From NCBI GenBank assembly GCA_963809485.1, contig CAWEJX010000017.1, positions 32,001-96,000 on the forward strand: a DNA stretch of 64,000 nt, written 5' to 3'. Both the position numbers and the translations under genes were made by a program. Under the pieces are notes generated by a model, which was not told the origin of the DNA, searched no databases, and saw only the letters and a list, made by a program, of their open reading frames with translations. Shown piece after piece: positions 19,044 through 27,975 of this stretch (position 1 is its first letter; every line of letters begins with the position of its first letter). The DNA is from an uncultured Acidobacteriota bacterium (GTDB taxonomy: Bacteria; Acidobacteriota; UBA6911).

Positions 19044-19645
19044 ATATAATGCTCCAGCTTTCTCTGAAGCAGTTCTCTCGCCCGGTGCAGTCGCGACTTG
19101 ATGGTTCCGGCCGAACAGTTCAAAACCTTGGCGATGGTTTCGTACGGCAATTCCTGAACTTCTTTCATTATAAAAGCGGTCCGGTACTTTTCGGGCAGCG
19201 ATCGAATGGCGTCTTCCAGTACATGGCTGCTCTCTTTGCGCAGTACCTCGTCGCGGGGATTGCGCCGGCTATCGGTTATTTCAAATTCCGGCTTTGAATC
19301 GTCCGATGGCTGCCGCTGCCCCCAGACATTTCTGTAAAACACCTGCCCGCGGCGTTTCCGATAACGCATTTCATCGATTGCCAGGTTCGTCGCGATGCGG
19401 TACATCCACGTGGAAAACTGGTACAGATTGCTGTAGCGGTTGATGTTCCGATACACCCTGAGGAAGGTCTCCTGACACAGATCGACAGCAATATCGTAAT
19501 CGCCGACCATCATGTTGAGATAGTTGGTGAGTGCATCCTTATATCGGGTAACCAGCTGCGTGAATGCCTCATCGTTGCCCGCTATGAATTCGCTCACCAG
19601 CCTGTTATCGGTGGCCGGTCGCGTCCTGACCGAGTTCCAAATCAA
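19040..19645 (-). CDS. ECF sigma-70 factor (RpoE/SigW-like)
   Basis: 'DLCQETFLRVY...FSTWMYRIATN' and 'GTIKSRLHRAR'. The true start may be ATG 19737 if two single-base insertions are errors. Confidence 0.9.
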   Translation of the reverse strand: MIWNSVRTRPATDNRLVSEFIAGNDEAFTQLVTRYKDALTNYLNMMVGDYDIAVDLCQETFLRVYRNINRYSNLYQFSTWMYRIATNLAIDEMRYRKRRGQVFYRNVWGQRQPSDDSKPEFEITDSRRNPRDEVLRKESSHVLEDAIRSLPEKYRTAFIMKEVQELPYETIAKVLNCSAGTIKSRLHRARELLQRKLEHYI

Positions 19646-19817
19646 AGCTGGGTGTCGTTATGGCCTTTTCCCCAAGCTCGGAATTCAACTTCTTCAACCT
19701 CCGGCAATTCCTGGATCGACGGATCCTGTTTCTGCATGCTTTAGGCCGGATCAGCCGAACCGCTCAACTCCTAAATCCACCAATCTAGTACGTAAATCAC
19801 GCAATTCAGGTTTCCTT

Positions 19818-22448
19818 TTATTTCATATCCATCCAGTTGTCGGCGACGTTCAAATCCACTTTCAAGCGGAACCATGCAGCCGGGCGGCCCCCTCCATCTC
19901 CCGTTGAACCAGGGTACGCCTGTCCTCCACTTCCGCCACGGGAACCTCGAGAACCAGTTCATCGTGCACCTGAAGCAAAATTTTAGCGGATAACCGTTTT
20001 TCCTGCAAAGCTTGATGGATGCGAATCATGGCAATTTTAATGATGTCGGCCGCCGTCCCCTGGATCGGGCTGTTGACGGCAATCCGTTCGGCGAAATGCT
20101 CCTCACATTGATAGTCTTTGCTGTGGATATCCGGAATGGGACGGATCCGGCCAAACAGGGTTCTCACGTCAGTCCGGACTGGCGCACCTCTTCAAGCGTC
20201 CGGTCCAGCCAGGACCTGAACTCCGCGATAGCGCTGAAAGTAGGCATCGATAAATGCCTGCGCATCTTCTCTGGAGATCCCGAGCGTCTGGGCCAGTCCG
20301 AAGGCAGAAAGCCCGTATACAATTCCGAAGTTGATGACCTTGGCCCTGCCGTCGGCATTCGGCCCGGTTTGCGAGTTCGGCCTCGCTGAAGACCTCGCGC
20401 GCCGTCCGGTCATGGATATCTTCGCCTGCTCGAAACGCGCTGATCAGCACCTCATCCTCCGAAAGGTGCGCAAGGATGCGCAGCTCCACCTGAGAATAGT
20501 CGCAGCCGAGATCAGCAGATTTCCCTTTTCCGGGACAAAGGCGCCCCGGATCAGTCGGCCCAGTTCGGATCGGATCGGGATATTCTGCAGGTTGGGATCG
20601 GAGCTCGACAGACGGCCGGTGGCGGCGCCGGTCTGGTTGAAGGAGGTGTGCACTCTACCGGTTGCTGGATGGATCAGTGCGGGAAGCGCATCCACATAGG
20701 TCGATTTAAGCTTGGTCACCTGCCGGTATTCCAGAATCAGTCTGGGAAGCCCATAGGTTCCTGTGCGAGTTCTTCGAGAACGCCCTGGTCAGTGCTGTAT
20801 CCGCCGGTTTTGCGCGTTTTCTTTTTGGCCGGCAGGTTCAGCTTCTCAAAGAGAATTTCGCCCAGCTGCTTGGGCGAGTTGATGTTAAATTCCATCCCAG
20901 CCGCCTGGTAGATAGTTTGAGTAAGATCGTTCTGCTGCTTTTCCATGGCGGAAGACATCTGCTGAAGCATTCCGCGGTCAACCTTTATACCCGTGCGCTC
21001 CATAGCCGCCAGAACCGGGACCAGGGGGAGCTCGATTTCCTCATAGAGCTTGCGCAATTCAAGCTGATCCAGGCGAGGATTGAGCTGCTCGTAAAGACGG
21101 CGCATGGCCTCGAGCTGAAGGCAGAGCCTTTGGGCGAGATCCTGCGGTTCCGGAATGAGCAGGCCCTGGTCTCTCGGCTTCTCCTCGGGCAGCGAAATAT
21201 GCAGCTGATCCAGAGCCCAGCGATTGAGAGAATAATCTCCGGCATTGGGCGCGGTCAGGAAGGCCATGAGCATTACGTCATCCGGGATGCCGGAAGAGTC
21301 AATCTCACGATTTTCCTGGGAAAGGAAATAAAGCTTCGAATCCCAGCACACCTTGGGCTGGGAACCCTTCACGAGGCGGTTCCAGAGCAGGGATTGGGCT
21401 TTGTTTTTCAGATCTATCAGAACGGCATCTCCTGAATCACCCTGTGCGCACACCACCTGGGCGGTTTTTCTGCCCAGCGCCGAGCCCGCGTGGTAAAGAG
21501 TCAAATAGAGCCTGGAGTGCTTTCCCAGTTTTTCCACCGGATCGCCGGAATCGCGCGAGCCACTTGGCCCTTGAGAGGTTCTGCGGCTTTCTCATCGAGG
21601 AACTCGCGCATCAGGGATTTGAATTCCAGCTCTGAGAACAATTCAAATGCGGCCTTGCGGTCCGGTTCGCAAAGAACGAGGGACGGAAGATCCAGTTCCA
21701 GCGGCAGGTCGCACCGGATCGTGGCCAGCTCGCGGCTCATGCGAATAAGCTCCGCGTTGTCGCGCAGGCTTTCCTGGTAGGTTCGTTTTTTGACTTTGTC
21801 CCAGTTTCCCAGGAGGTTTTCGATGCTTCCGAAGTTCTGAATCAGCTCGCGCGCTCCCTTTTCGCCGATACCCGGAGCCCCCGGGATATTGTCCACCGTG
21901 TCACCCCAAAGACCCAGCAGATCCGCAACCTGGTCCGGCCGCACACCCAGCTTCTCTTCAACCTTGTGCGCGTCCAGAACCGTGTTGTCCTTCATGGCAT
22001 CCAGGACCAGCACCTGATGCGAAACCAGCTGCAGCATATCCTTATCGCTGGTCACGATGACGGAGTCGAGCCCCTGTTCGGCAGCTTTTCGTGAAAGCGT
22101 GCCGATCACGTCGTCCGCCTCGTATCCTGCGTAACTGATCACCGGAACGCAAAAGGCATGGCAGACCTTTTCGATATAGGGTATCTGCTGGACCAGATCG
22201 GGAGGCATGGGCTTTCGCGTCGCTTTGTATGCTTCGTACTTCTCGTGCCGGACGGTAGGGCCTTCAAGATCCAGTGCGACACCGATGAAGTCGGGCTTCT
22301 GTTCTTCGATCAGCTTGCGCAGCATCGACGTGAAGCCGTATATGGCATTGGTCGGCAGCCCCTTGCTGTTGCTCAGGTTGCGTATTGCAAAATATGCGCG
22401 GTAGATGTGGGACATGCCGTCGATCAGGAACAGGCGTTTGGAACTCAT
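19818..22448 (-). CDS. polA: DNA polymerase I, interrupted by several indels (probable sequencing errors)
   Basis: 5'-3' exonuclease 'LFLIDG..IYRAYFA' and 'EADDVIGT'; polymerase motifs '[15 protein letters not shown]', '[12 protein letters not shown]', '[11 protein letters not shown]', '[10 protein letters not shown]', 'LQVHDELV' spread over successive frames. Confidence 0.95.
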
Positions 22449-22497
22449 GGGAGATCCTTTGTTTGAATGGAGCCAGATTGTAGCATGTTCCGGCAGG

Positions 22498-22725
22498 CTA
22501 CGGAGAGCCTTTGCGGAAGGCTTCGAGGCTCCAGCAGTCCTTGCCTTCGTCATGGCAAAGGAAATAGGTGTTGCCGTCGCTCGCCCGCACCCGGAAGTAA
22601 TGTAACGACGGGCTGTACCACTGGTCCTCGACCTGCAAAACCTCGAGCGGCTGTCCTCCAAGGGTGAAGCGCACCGGCCGCTCATCCGCCTTGTGCCCGG
22701 AATAGCATTCCACCTTGATATTCAT
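22498..22725 (-). CDS. Small hypothetical protein
   Basis: 75 aa, translationally coupled to xerC; protein-like composition ('VECYSG...ERP..F...DQWY'). Confidence 0.7.
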   Translation of the reverse strand: MNIKVECYSGHKADERPVRFTLGGQPLEVLQVEDQWYSPSLHYFRVRASDGNTYFLCHDEGKDCWSLEAFRKGSP

Positions 22726-23732
22726 CAGGATTTCGCCGTCTTGTTTTTTGCGCGGGGATGGCAGGACTGGTAGACTCGAACCAGTTGCTCAACCGACACG
22801 TGCGTGTATTTCTGGGTCGTCGACAGGCTTTCATGGCCCAGCAGTTCCTGGATGGAACGTAGATCGGCTCCGGCACTTAGCATATGGGTGGCGAAGGTGT
22901 GTCGGAGTGTATGCGGATGCACCTTCAGTCTCTGTGCCAGCTTTGAGACATGATGATCTACGATGTTTCCCACACTTCTGCTTGTCAGCCGGCCGCCCCT
23001 GAAGTTCAGGAAGAGAGCGTCGCCTGCCGGCTCCTGGCTTTTTGACTGAGCAGGCCGGGCCCTGACCTGTTTCGCTCTGACCTGAAGGTACGATTCCAGG
23101 GATTGCGCAGCGCTCCTGCCGAATGGAACGATGCGCTCCTTCCTGCCTTTTCCCACGCACCGCACCAGACCTTCGGTGAGACTGATGTCACCCAGGTTCA
23201 ATCCGACCAGTTCGCCGACACGCAGGCCGGCGGCATACAGAAGCTCCAGAATCGCCCGGTCGCGCTTGCCCAGGTCCATGCCCGTGTCCGGGGCCTCGAT
23301 GAGGCTGACTGTCGCCTCCAGCGTCAGGAAATCCGGCAGCCGGATTTCCTGTTTCGGTGAAGCGACGCTTTTTGCCGGATTTGAAGGAATAGCGCCCTGA
23401 ACCGAAAGATACTTCAGGAACGAACGCATGGCTGCCAGTTTCCGGGCTGCGGATGATTTTTTGTTTTTCCTCTGATAGAGCACGCCCAGGAATTCGCGGA
23501 TAGTCAGGTTATCGATCTGGGCCGGTTCGGGCTCGGGACGCGCTTCGCCTGACGGGGAGGTTGTCAGAAAATGATGGAACTGCTGCAGGTCGGAAGCATA
23601 GTTTCTCAGTGTATGGGGTGAGGCATTTTTCTGATAGCGAAGGCTTTCGAGGAATTTCCCGATCCAGAAAGCCAGCGATCCTTCGGCAACCGGCGCCTCT
23701 TCAGGGCTGATTGAAATATCCGTATTTTTCAT
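22725..23732 (-). CDS. xerC: Tyrosine recombinase XerC
   Basis: 'GLRVGEL', 'GKGRKER', 'HPHTLRHTFATH', 'LGHESLSTTQKYTH'; adjacent to trmFO. Confidence 0.9.
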   Translation of the reverse strand: MKNTDISISPEEAPVAEGSLAFWIGKFLESLRYQKNASPHTLRNYASDLQQFHHFLTTSPSGEARPEPEPAQIDNLTIREFLGVLYQRKNKKSSAARKLAAMRSFLKYLSVQGAIPSNPAKSVASPKQEIRLPDFLTLEATVSLIEAPDTGMDLGKRDRAILELLYAAGLRVGELVGLNLGDISLTEGLVRCVGKGRKERIVPFGRSAAQSLESYLQVRAKQVRARPAQSKSQEPAGDALFLNFRGGRLTSRSVGNIVDHHVSKLAQRLKVHPHTLRHTFATHMLSAGADLRSIQELLGHESLSTTQKYTHVSVEQLVRVYQSCHPRAKNKTAKS

Positions 23733-25054
23733 GGTTCCTGCGTTTCAATCCACCGGTCCATTTGCCGGAGCGATTCCTCGACCTGCAACCGGTGGCGCTC
23801 CTTCCGGTCTTTAATGCGCGTCTTGAGATCCGGAGACGCTTCCGTCAGCAGCCCGAAACTCATGTTGGCCGGCTGGAAATGGTTCGGGTCCGCGAATGCG
23901 AGATAATGAACGAGACTTCCGCAGGCCGTGCCGCGCGGCGGCTGCAGAGGCTCAAGGCCCTGCACAAGCCTGCCTGCATTGATGCCGGCCAGAAGACCCG
24001 TGGCGATGGATTCGACATATCCTTCAACTCCGCATATCTGCCCGGCAAAAAAAAGGGCCGGATTCGTCCGCGTCTGGAGGGTCGGGTTGAGAAGTGCCGG
24101 CGAGTTGATGTACGAGTTCCGATGGATCCGGCCATAGCGAAGGAATTCGGCTTTCTCCAGGCCGGGAATCATGCGAAATACGCGGGCCTGTTCGGGGAAT
24201 TTCAAATGATTCTGGAATCCGACAAGGTTGTAGCAGTTCGCCATCAGATTTTCCAGCCTCAGCTGAACGGCCGCGTAGGGACGTTTGCCGGTGCGAGGGT
24301 CCACAAGACCCACAGGCTTCATCGGGCCGAACCGGAGCGTGTCGGCCCCCCTGCGCGCCAGTTCCTCGATGGGAAGACAGCCCTCAAAAAACTGGGGTTT
24401 CTCGAAGGAATGAAGAGGAACGGATTCGGCTGTGATCAGGGCCTCATAAAATCGAGCATACTCATCCCGTGTAAGGGGAGCGTTGAGATAATCCTCGCCG
24501 CCTTTCCCGTAGCGCGAGGCCGCAAATAGCCGCGAACGGTCCAGCGTGGCTGCATCCACTATGGGCGATATCGCGTCGTAAAAATACAGGTTTTGCGATC
24601 CGGCGAAGCGCGCGATCGATTCCGAAAGATCTCCTGACGTCAGCGGCCCCGTGGCCACAATTGTAACTCCGTCCTCAGGAAGCTGCCGGACTTCCTCACG
24701 AACCACCCGGATCTCGGGAGCATTGAGGATCTGCTCGGTGATGCGGCGGCTGAATTGTTCCCGGTCCACAGCCAGGGCATGTCCTGCCGGTATTTTGGTT
24801 TCGTCCGCGATACGCATCAGCAGGCTGCCCAGATGCCTCAATTCCTCTTTGAGTAGAAATGGCGCGGTCCCCGGAAGATCCGATTTCAGGGAATTGCTGC
24901 ACACGAGTTCGCCCAGGTAATCCGTCGTGTGGGCAGAGGTCGCGGTCCCGGGCCGCATTTCGTAAAGGAGCACTTTCAGTCCCCTGCGCGCGATCTGCCA
25001 CGCTGCCTCCGTTCCTGCGAGGCCTCCGCCGATGACGGTGATTTCGGGCTCCAT
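23729..25054 (-). CDS. trmFO: FADH2-dependent tRNA (uracil-5-)-methyltransferase TrmFO
   Basis: 'VIGGGLAGTEAAWQ', 'ELVCSNSL', 'FGPMKPVGL', 'AGQICGVEGYVES'. Confidence 0.97.
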   Translation of the reverse strand: MEPEITVIGGGLAGTEAAWQIARRGLKVLLYEMRPGTATSAHTTDYLGELVCSNSLKSDLPGTAPFLLKEELRHLGSLLMRIADETKIPAGHALAVDREQFSRRITEQILNAPEIRVVREEVRQLPEDGVTIVATGPLTSGDLSESIARFAGSQNLYFYDAISPIVDAATLDRSRLFAASRYGKGGEDYLNAPLTRDEYARFYEALITAESVPLHSFEKPQFFEGCLPIEELARRGADTLRFGPMKPVGLVDPRTGKRPYAAVQLRLENLMANCYNLVGFQNHLKFPEQARVFRMIPGLEKAEFLRYGRIHRNSYINSPALLNPTLQTRTNPALFFAGQICGVEGYVESIATGLLAGINAGRLVQGLEPLQPPRGTACGSLVHYLAFADPNHFQPANMSFGLLTEASPDLKTRIKDRKERHRLQVEESLRQMDRWIETQEP

Positions 25055-25150
25055 CCCGAGATTTTATTAAATGCAGCCACAGAGAACAATACCGCCGGTG
25101 AATCGCCGGCCCGTCCGACAAGCTACCATTTGGTATTCGCCCACCATGAT

Positions 25151-25229
25151 TTTAACGCGGACGAACGCCGATAAACGCTGACGCACGCTGATAAATTATA
25201 AATAAATACTATTTTCTCAGCAGTTGATG
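25151..25229 (+). repeat. 10-bp-period ACGCTGAC array plus AT-rich tail
   Basis: AACGCGGACG AACGCCGATA AACGCTGACG CACGCTGATA; the whole segment is similar to the reverse complement of 38056-38140. Confidence 0.75.
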
Positions 25230-25465
25230 GCGCCGCTTGACTGGATTTTACAGAACAGGCTATGGACTAAGCGTGATTTCACAGGCGAATCTCTTCTATC
25301 CTAAAACCCCAAAATATTCATCCGATATTGCGGATTGCAGTTACGGAGATCCTGTAAATGCAAAAGGCGTCGGGGCGATGAAACTTTGATGAGGAGGATG
25401 CATCCAATCCGGTGAAGGGATTCCGTAAAGGCGGTCACGGAAGACCCGATACAACAGGAGACACC

Positions 25466-26032
25466 ATGCGCAAGATATTGCTTGGCTCGTTTTTGATGAT
25501 GCTGGTTCCGCTGGCTGCGATGGCGCAACCGGATTATCCAAGAGCGGAAGTATTCGGCGGATACTCCTACTTCAGGGCCAATCCGGATGAGTTCAACCTC
25601 CACGGATGGAATGCCTCGGTTGCGGTCAATATCAACGAATGGCTGGGCGTGGAAGGGGATTTCAGCGGACATTACGGCTCCCCATCATTTTACGGATTCA
25701 GCATTCCGTATACCGACATCAGTTCATTTACATACATGGCGGGACCCAAGGTGACATACCGTGCCGGTTCCGTCGCGCCGTTCGCTCATTTTCTGATCGG
25801 AGGAGCCCGGGCCGCCACAGGCGCGTATGGCGTATCGGTGTCCGACACAGCCCTGGCGGCAGCGGTCGGCGGTGGGATCGACATCAAGGTAAGCGAGCAT
25901 GTGGCAATCCGGGCGGTCCAGGCGGATTACCTGATGACCCGGTTTGAAACAGGACCGGCGATTCTCTTCAGCGGATTTGACGATCGCCAGAACAACTTCA
26001 GGCTTTCTGCAGGGATTGTGTTCCGCTTCTGA
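25466..26032 (+). CDS. Outer-membrane beta-barrel protein
   Basis: Signal peptide, 'EVFGGYSY', C-terminal 'GIVFRF'. Confidence 0.85.
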   Translation: MRKILLGSFLMMLVPLAAMAQPDYPRAEVFGGYSYFRANPDEFNLHGWNASVAVNINEWLGVEGDFSGHYGSPSFYGFSIPYTDISSFTYMAGPKVTYRAGSVAPFAHFLIGGARAATGAYGVSVSDTALAAAVGGGIDIKVSEHVAIRAVQADYLMTRFETGPAILFSGFDDRQNNFRLSAGIVFRF

Positions 26033-26059
26033 TTTTGACGGGAAGCTCCTGCGGTAAGG

Positions 26060-26398
26060 TCAATAAAATTCCTGACCGGACCGCAGGAGCTTGGCTCTCC
26101 ACATTTCCACAAGCTCCTTAAGATCCTCCGTATAATCGCAGGACGGGTCGCTTTTAGGTTCGAGGTAATCAAGCGCTTCAAAGGCAAATTGATCTTTGCC
26201 CAGTTCGCTGAAATCCTTCTGGAGCGTTTTATTGGGGTGGCTCCCGATCTCCAGCTGAAACCGGTGGCCGTTGAGCTTTCCCGGAAGATTCCTGCTGCAT
26301 CCAATAAACATTTTCCCGCTGACCAGGTTTCTGATCCGGTATACGCCCATGGGAGTCGGTGTCTGTTTGTAGTTTCTTTTTATCTGCGCCTTGTCCAT
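26060..26398 (-). CDS. Small GIY-YIG family protein
   Basis: 'GVYRIRN...MFIG...L..R/K..H...L..G.HPN..LQ.D' pattern. Confidence 0.8.
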   Translation of the reverse strand: MDKAQIKRNYKQTPTPMGVYRIRNLVSGKMFIGCSRNLPGKLNGHRFQLEIGSHPNKTLQKDFSELGKDQFAFEALDYLEPKSDPSCDYTEDLKELVEMWRAKLLRSGQEFY

Positions 26399-26472
26399 CC
26401 CCGTATACTCCGTTGCGCTTCCTCAAAGTGAAGGACAGTTCTTCAGAGCCTCTTTATAAGAATTGCGGACAT

Positions 26473-27165
26473 TCACAACAGCGGAAGCAAAACTTTCCAT
26501 ACGTTCTCAACAACAATGGCATAGCCTTCGGCCGTGGGGTGAATCCCGTCATCCTGATTCAGCCGGGCGTGACCGCCAACCCCTTCCAGAAAAAAGGGTA
26601 TGAGAGCAATTCCGTGTTCTTTGGCCACCTGCCTGAAGATTTCACGAAAGGAACTTGTATATTGCGGGCCATAGTTGGGGGGAATCTCCATGCCGGCCAG
26701 GACCACTTCTGCCCCGGCAGATTTGAGCCGGTTGACCATCGCGGCAAGATTGCTGCGGGTGGCTTCAACGGGCATTCCGCGCAATCCATCGTTGGCGCCG
26801 AACTCGATAATGGCGATTGCAGGGCGAAGCTCAAGCACAGCCTGAATTCGCTGGAGTCCCTGGGCGGAGGTCTCCCCGCTGACGCCCGCGTTTGCGATCC
26901 GATAGCGATATCCGGCCGCATCGATTTTTGCCTGGAGTTGGGCAGGATAATTGCGGGAGGCATCGACCCCCGCTCCAGCAGTCAAACTGTCGCCAAAAGC
27001 GACAATGACCGGCCGGTCGTCCTGTTCCTCATTGATGGATGAGGCCGTCGAACCGAGCTGCGTCTTTGGAGTCTCTTCATCCCTGGATCTTGAGCATCCT
27101 CCGCATAAAAGTATACAGGCAATCACTGTAAAAAATGCGTATCGTCCCAATTTTCCCTCCCGCAT
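26473..27165 (-). CDS. Arylesterase/TesA-like SGNH lipoprotein
   Basis: 'AFGDSLTAG', 'GANDGLRG', 'DGIHP'; lipobox-like LCGGC; divergent from ybbA/ybbP-like genes as in E. coli. Confidence 0.9.
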   Translation of the reverse strand: MREGKLGRYAFFTVIACILLCGGCSRSRDEETPKTQLGSTASSINEEQDDRPVIVAFGDSLTAGAGVDASRNYPAQLQAKIDAAGYRYRIANAGVSGETSAQGLQRIQAVLELRPAIAIIEFGANDGLRGMPVEATRSNLAAMVNRLKSAGAEVVLAGMEIPPNYGPQYTSSFREIFRQVAKEHGIALIPFFLEGVGGHARLNQDDGIHPTAEGYAIVVENVWKVLLPLL

Positions 27166-27280
27166 TCCCCAGGATAGCAGATCCGGCCTGCAATCCGGGA
27201 CATGGGACATGCGTCCTGCGGCTTTCAGCCTATATAACCTAACCCGCGCCCATGCTACAGTGTACCCGGAGAAAAAGTCC

Positions 27281-27946
27281 ATGATCGAAGTGCGAAATCT
27301 GACAAAGGAGCTGAATTCGGGCGCCCATCGGGTTGAAATCCTGAAGGGCATCGATTTGACGGTGCGCAAGGGAGAAGTGCTTGCCGTGGAAGGTCCGTCG
27401 GGCAGCGGGAAAAGTACGCTGCTTGGGTTAATCGCCGGATTCGACACGCCCACATCCGGATCGATCAAAATCGACGGGGAGGAAATCACCGGCCTGGATG
27501 AGGACCAGCTTGCGCTTCTGAGAGGCAGGAAGCTCGGCTTTGTATTCCAGTCCTATAATCTCATCCCGACGCTGACGGCGGAGGAAAACGTGATGCTCCC
27601 CCTGGAACTGCGCGGCGACGCCATGAATCCGCAGGAGAGAGCATGCAGCCTGCTTTCGGCCGTTGGACTGGAGACCCGCCGTTCGCACTATCCGGCTCAA
27701 TTGTCCGGGGGCGAGCAGCAGAGGGTCGCGCTTGCGCGCGCATTCGCCTGCAGCCCGTCGATCCTGCTGGCGGATGAGCCCACCGGAAACCTTGACAGCG
27801 TGACGGGAGGAATCGTCCTGGAGATGCTTCTGAAACTCAACCGCAGCGAGGGAGCCACCCTGGTGATAGTGACGCACGATCCTTCTCTCAGCCGGCTTGC
27901 AGACCGCATCGTCCGGCTGCGTGACGGCCGGATCGTTGATGAATAG
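27281..27946 (+). CDS. ABC transporter ATP-binding protein (YbbA-like)
   Basis: GPSGSGKST, LSGGEQQR, 'ADEPTGNLD'. Confidence 0.95.
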   Translation: MIEVRNLTKELNSGAHRVEILKGIDLTVRKGEVLAVEGPSGSGKSTLLGLIAGFDTPTSGSIKIDGEEITGLDEDQLALLRGRKLGFVFQSYNLIPTLTAEENVMLPLELRGDAMNPQERACSLLSAVGLETRRSHYPAQLSGGEQQRVALARAFACSPSILLADEPTGNLDSVTGGIVLEMLLKLNRSEGATLVIVTHDPSLSRLADRIVRLRDGRIVDE

Positions 27947-27975
27947 AGGGGAAGATTTTTAATGAGGATCCGCAG

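Noticed and set aside
19818-22448. Programmed frameshifting or an intein/intron in polA
   Set aside because: Too many breaks, no slippery sites, no inserted domain; the pattern fits sequencing insertions.
22725-23732. Tyrosine recombinase as a prophage or island integrase
   Set aside because: XerC-like length and motifs in the housekeeping trmFO-xerC context; no att site or phage genes.
26060-26398. GIY-YIG protein as a homing endonuclease
   Set aside because: Stand-alone 112 aa, not within an intron, no DNA-binding extension.
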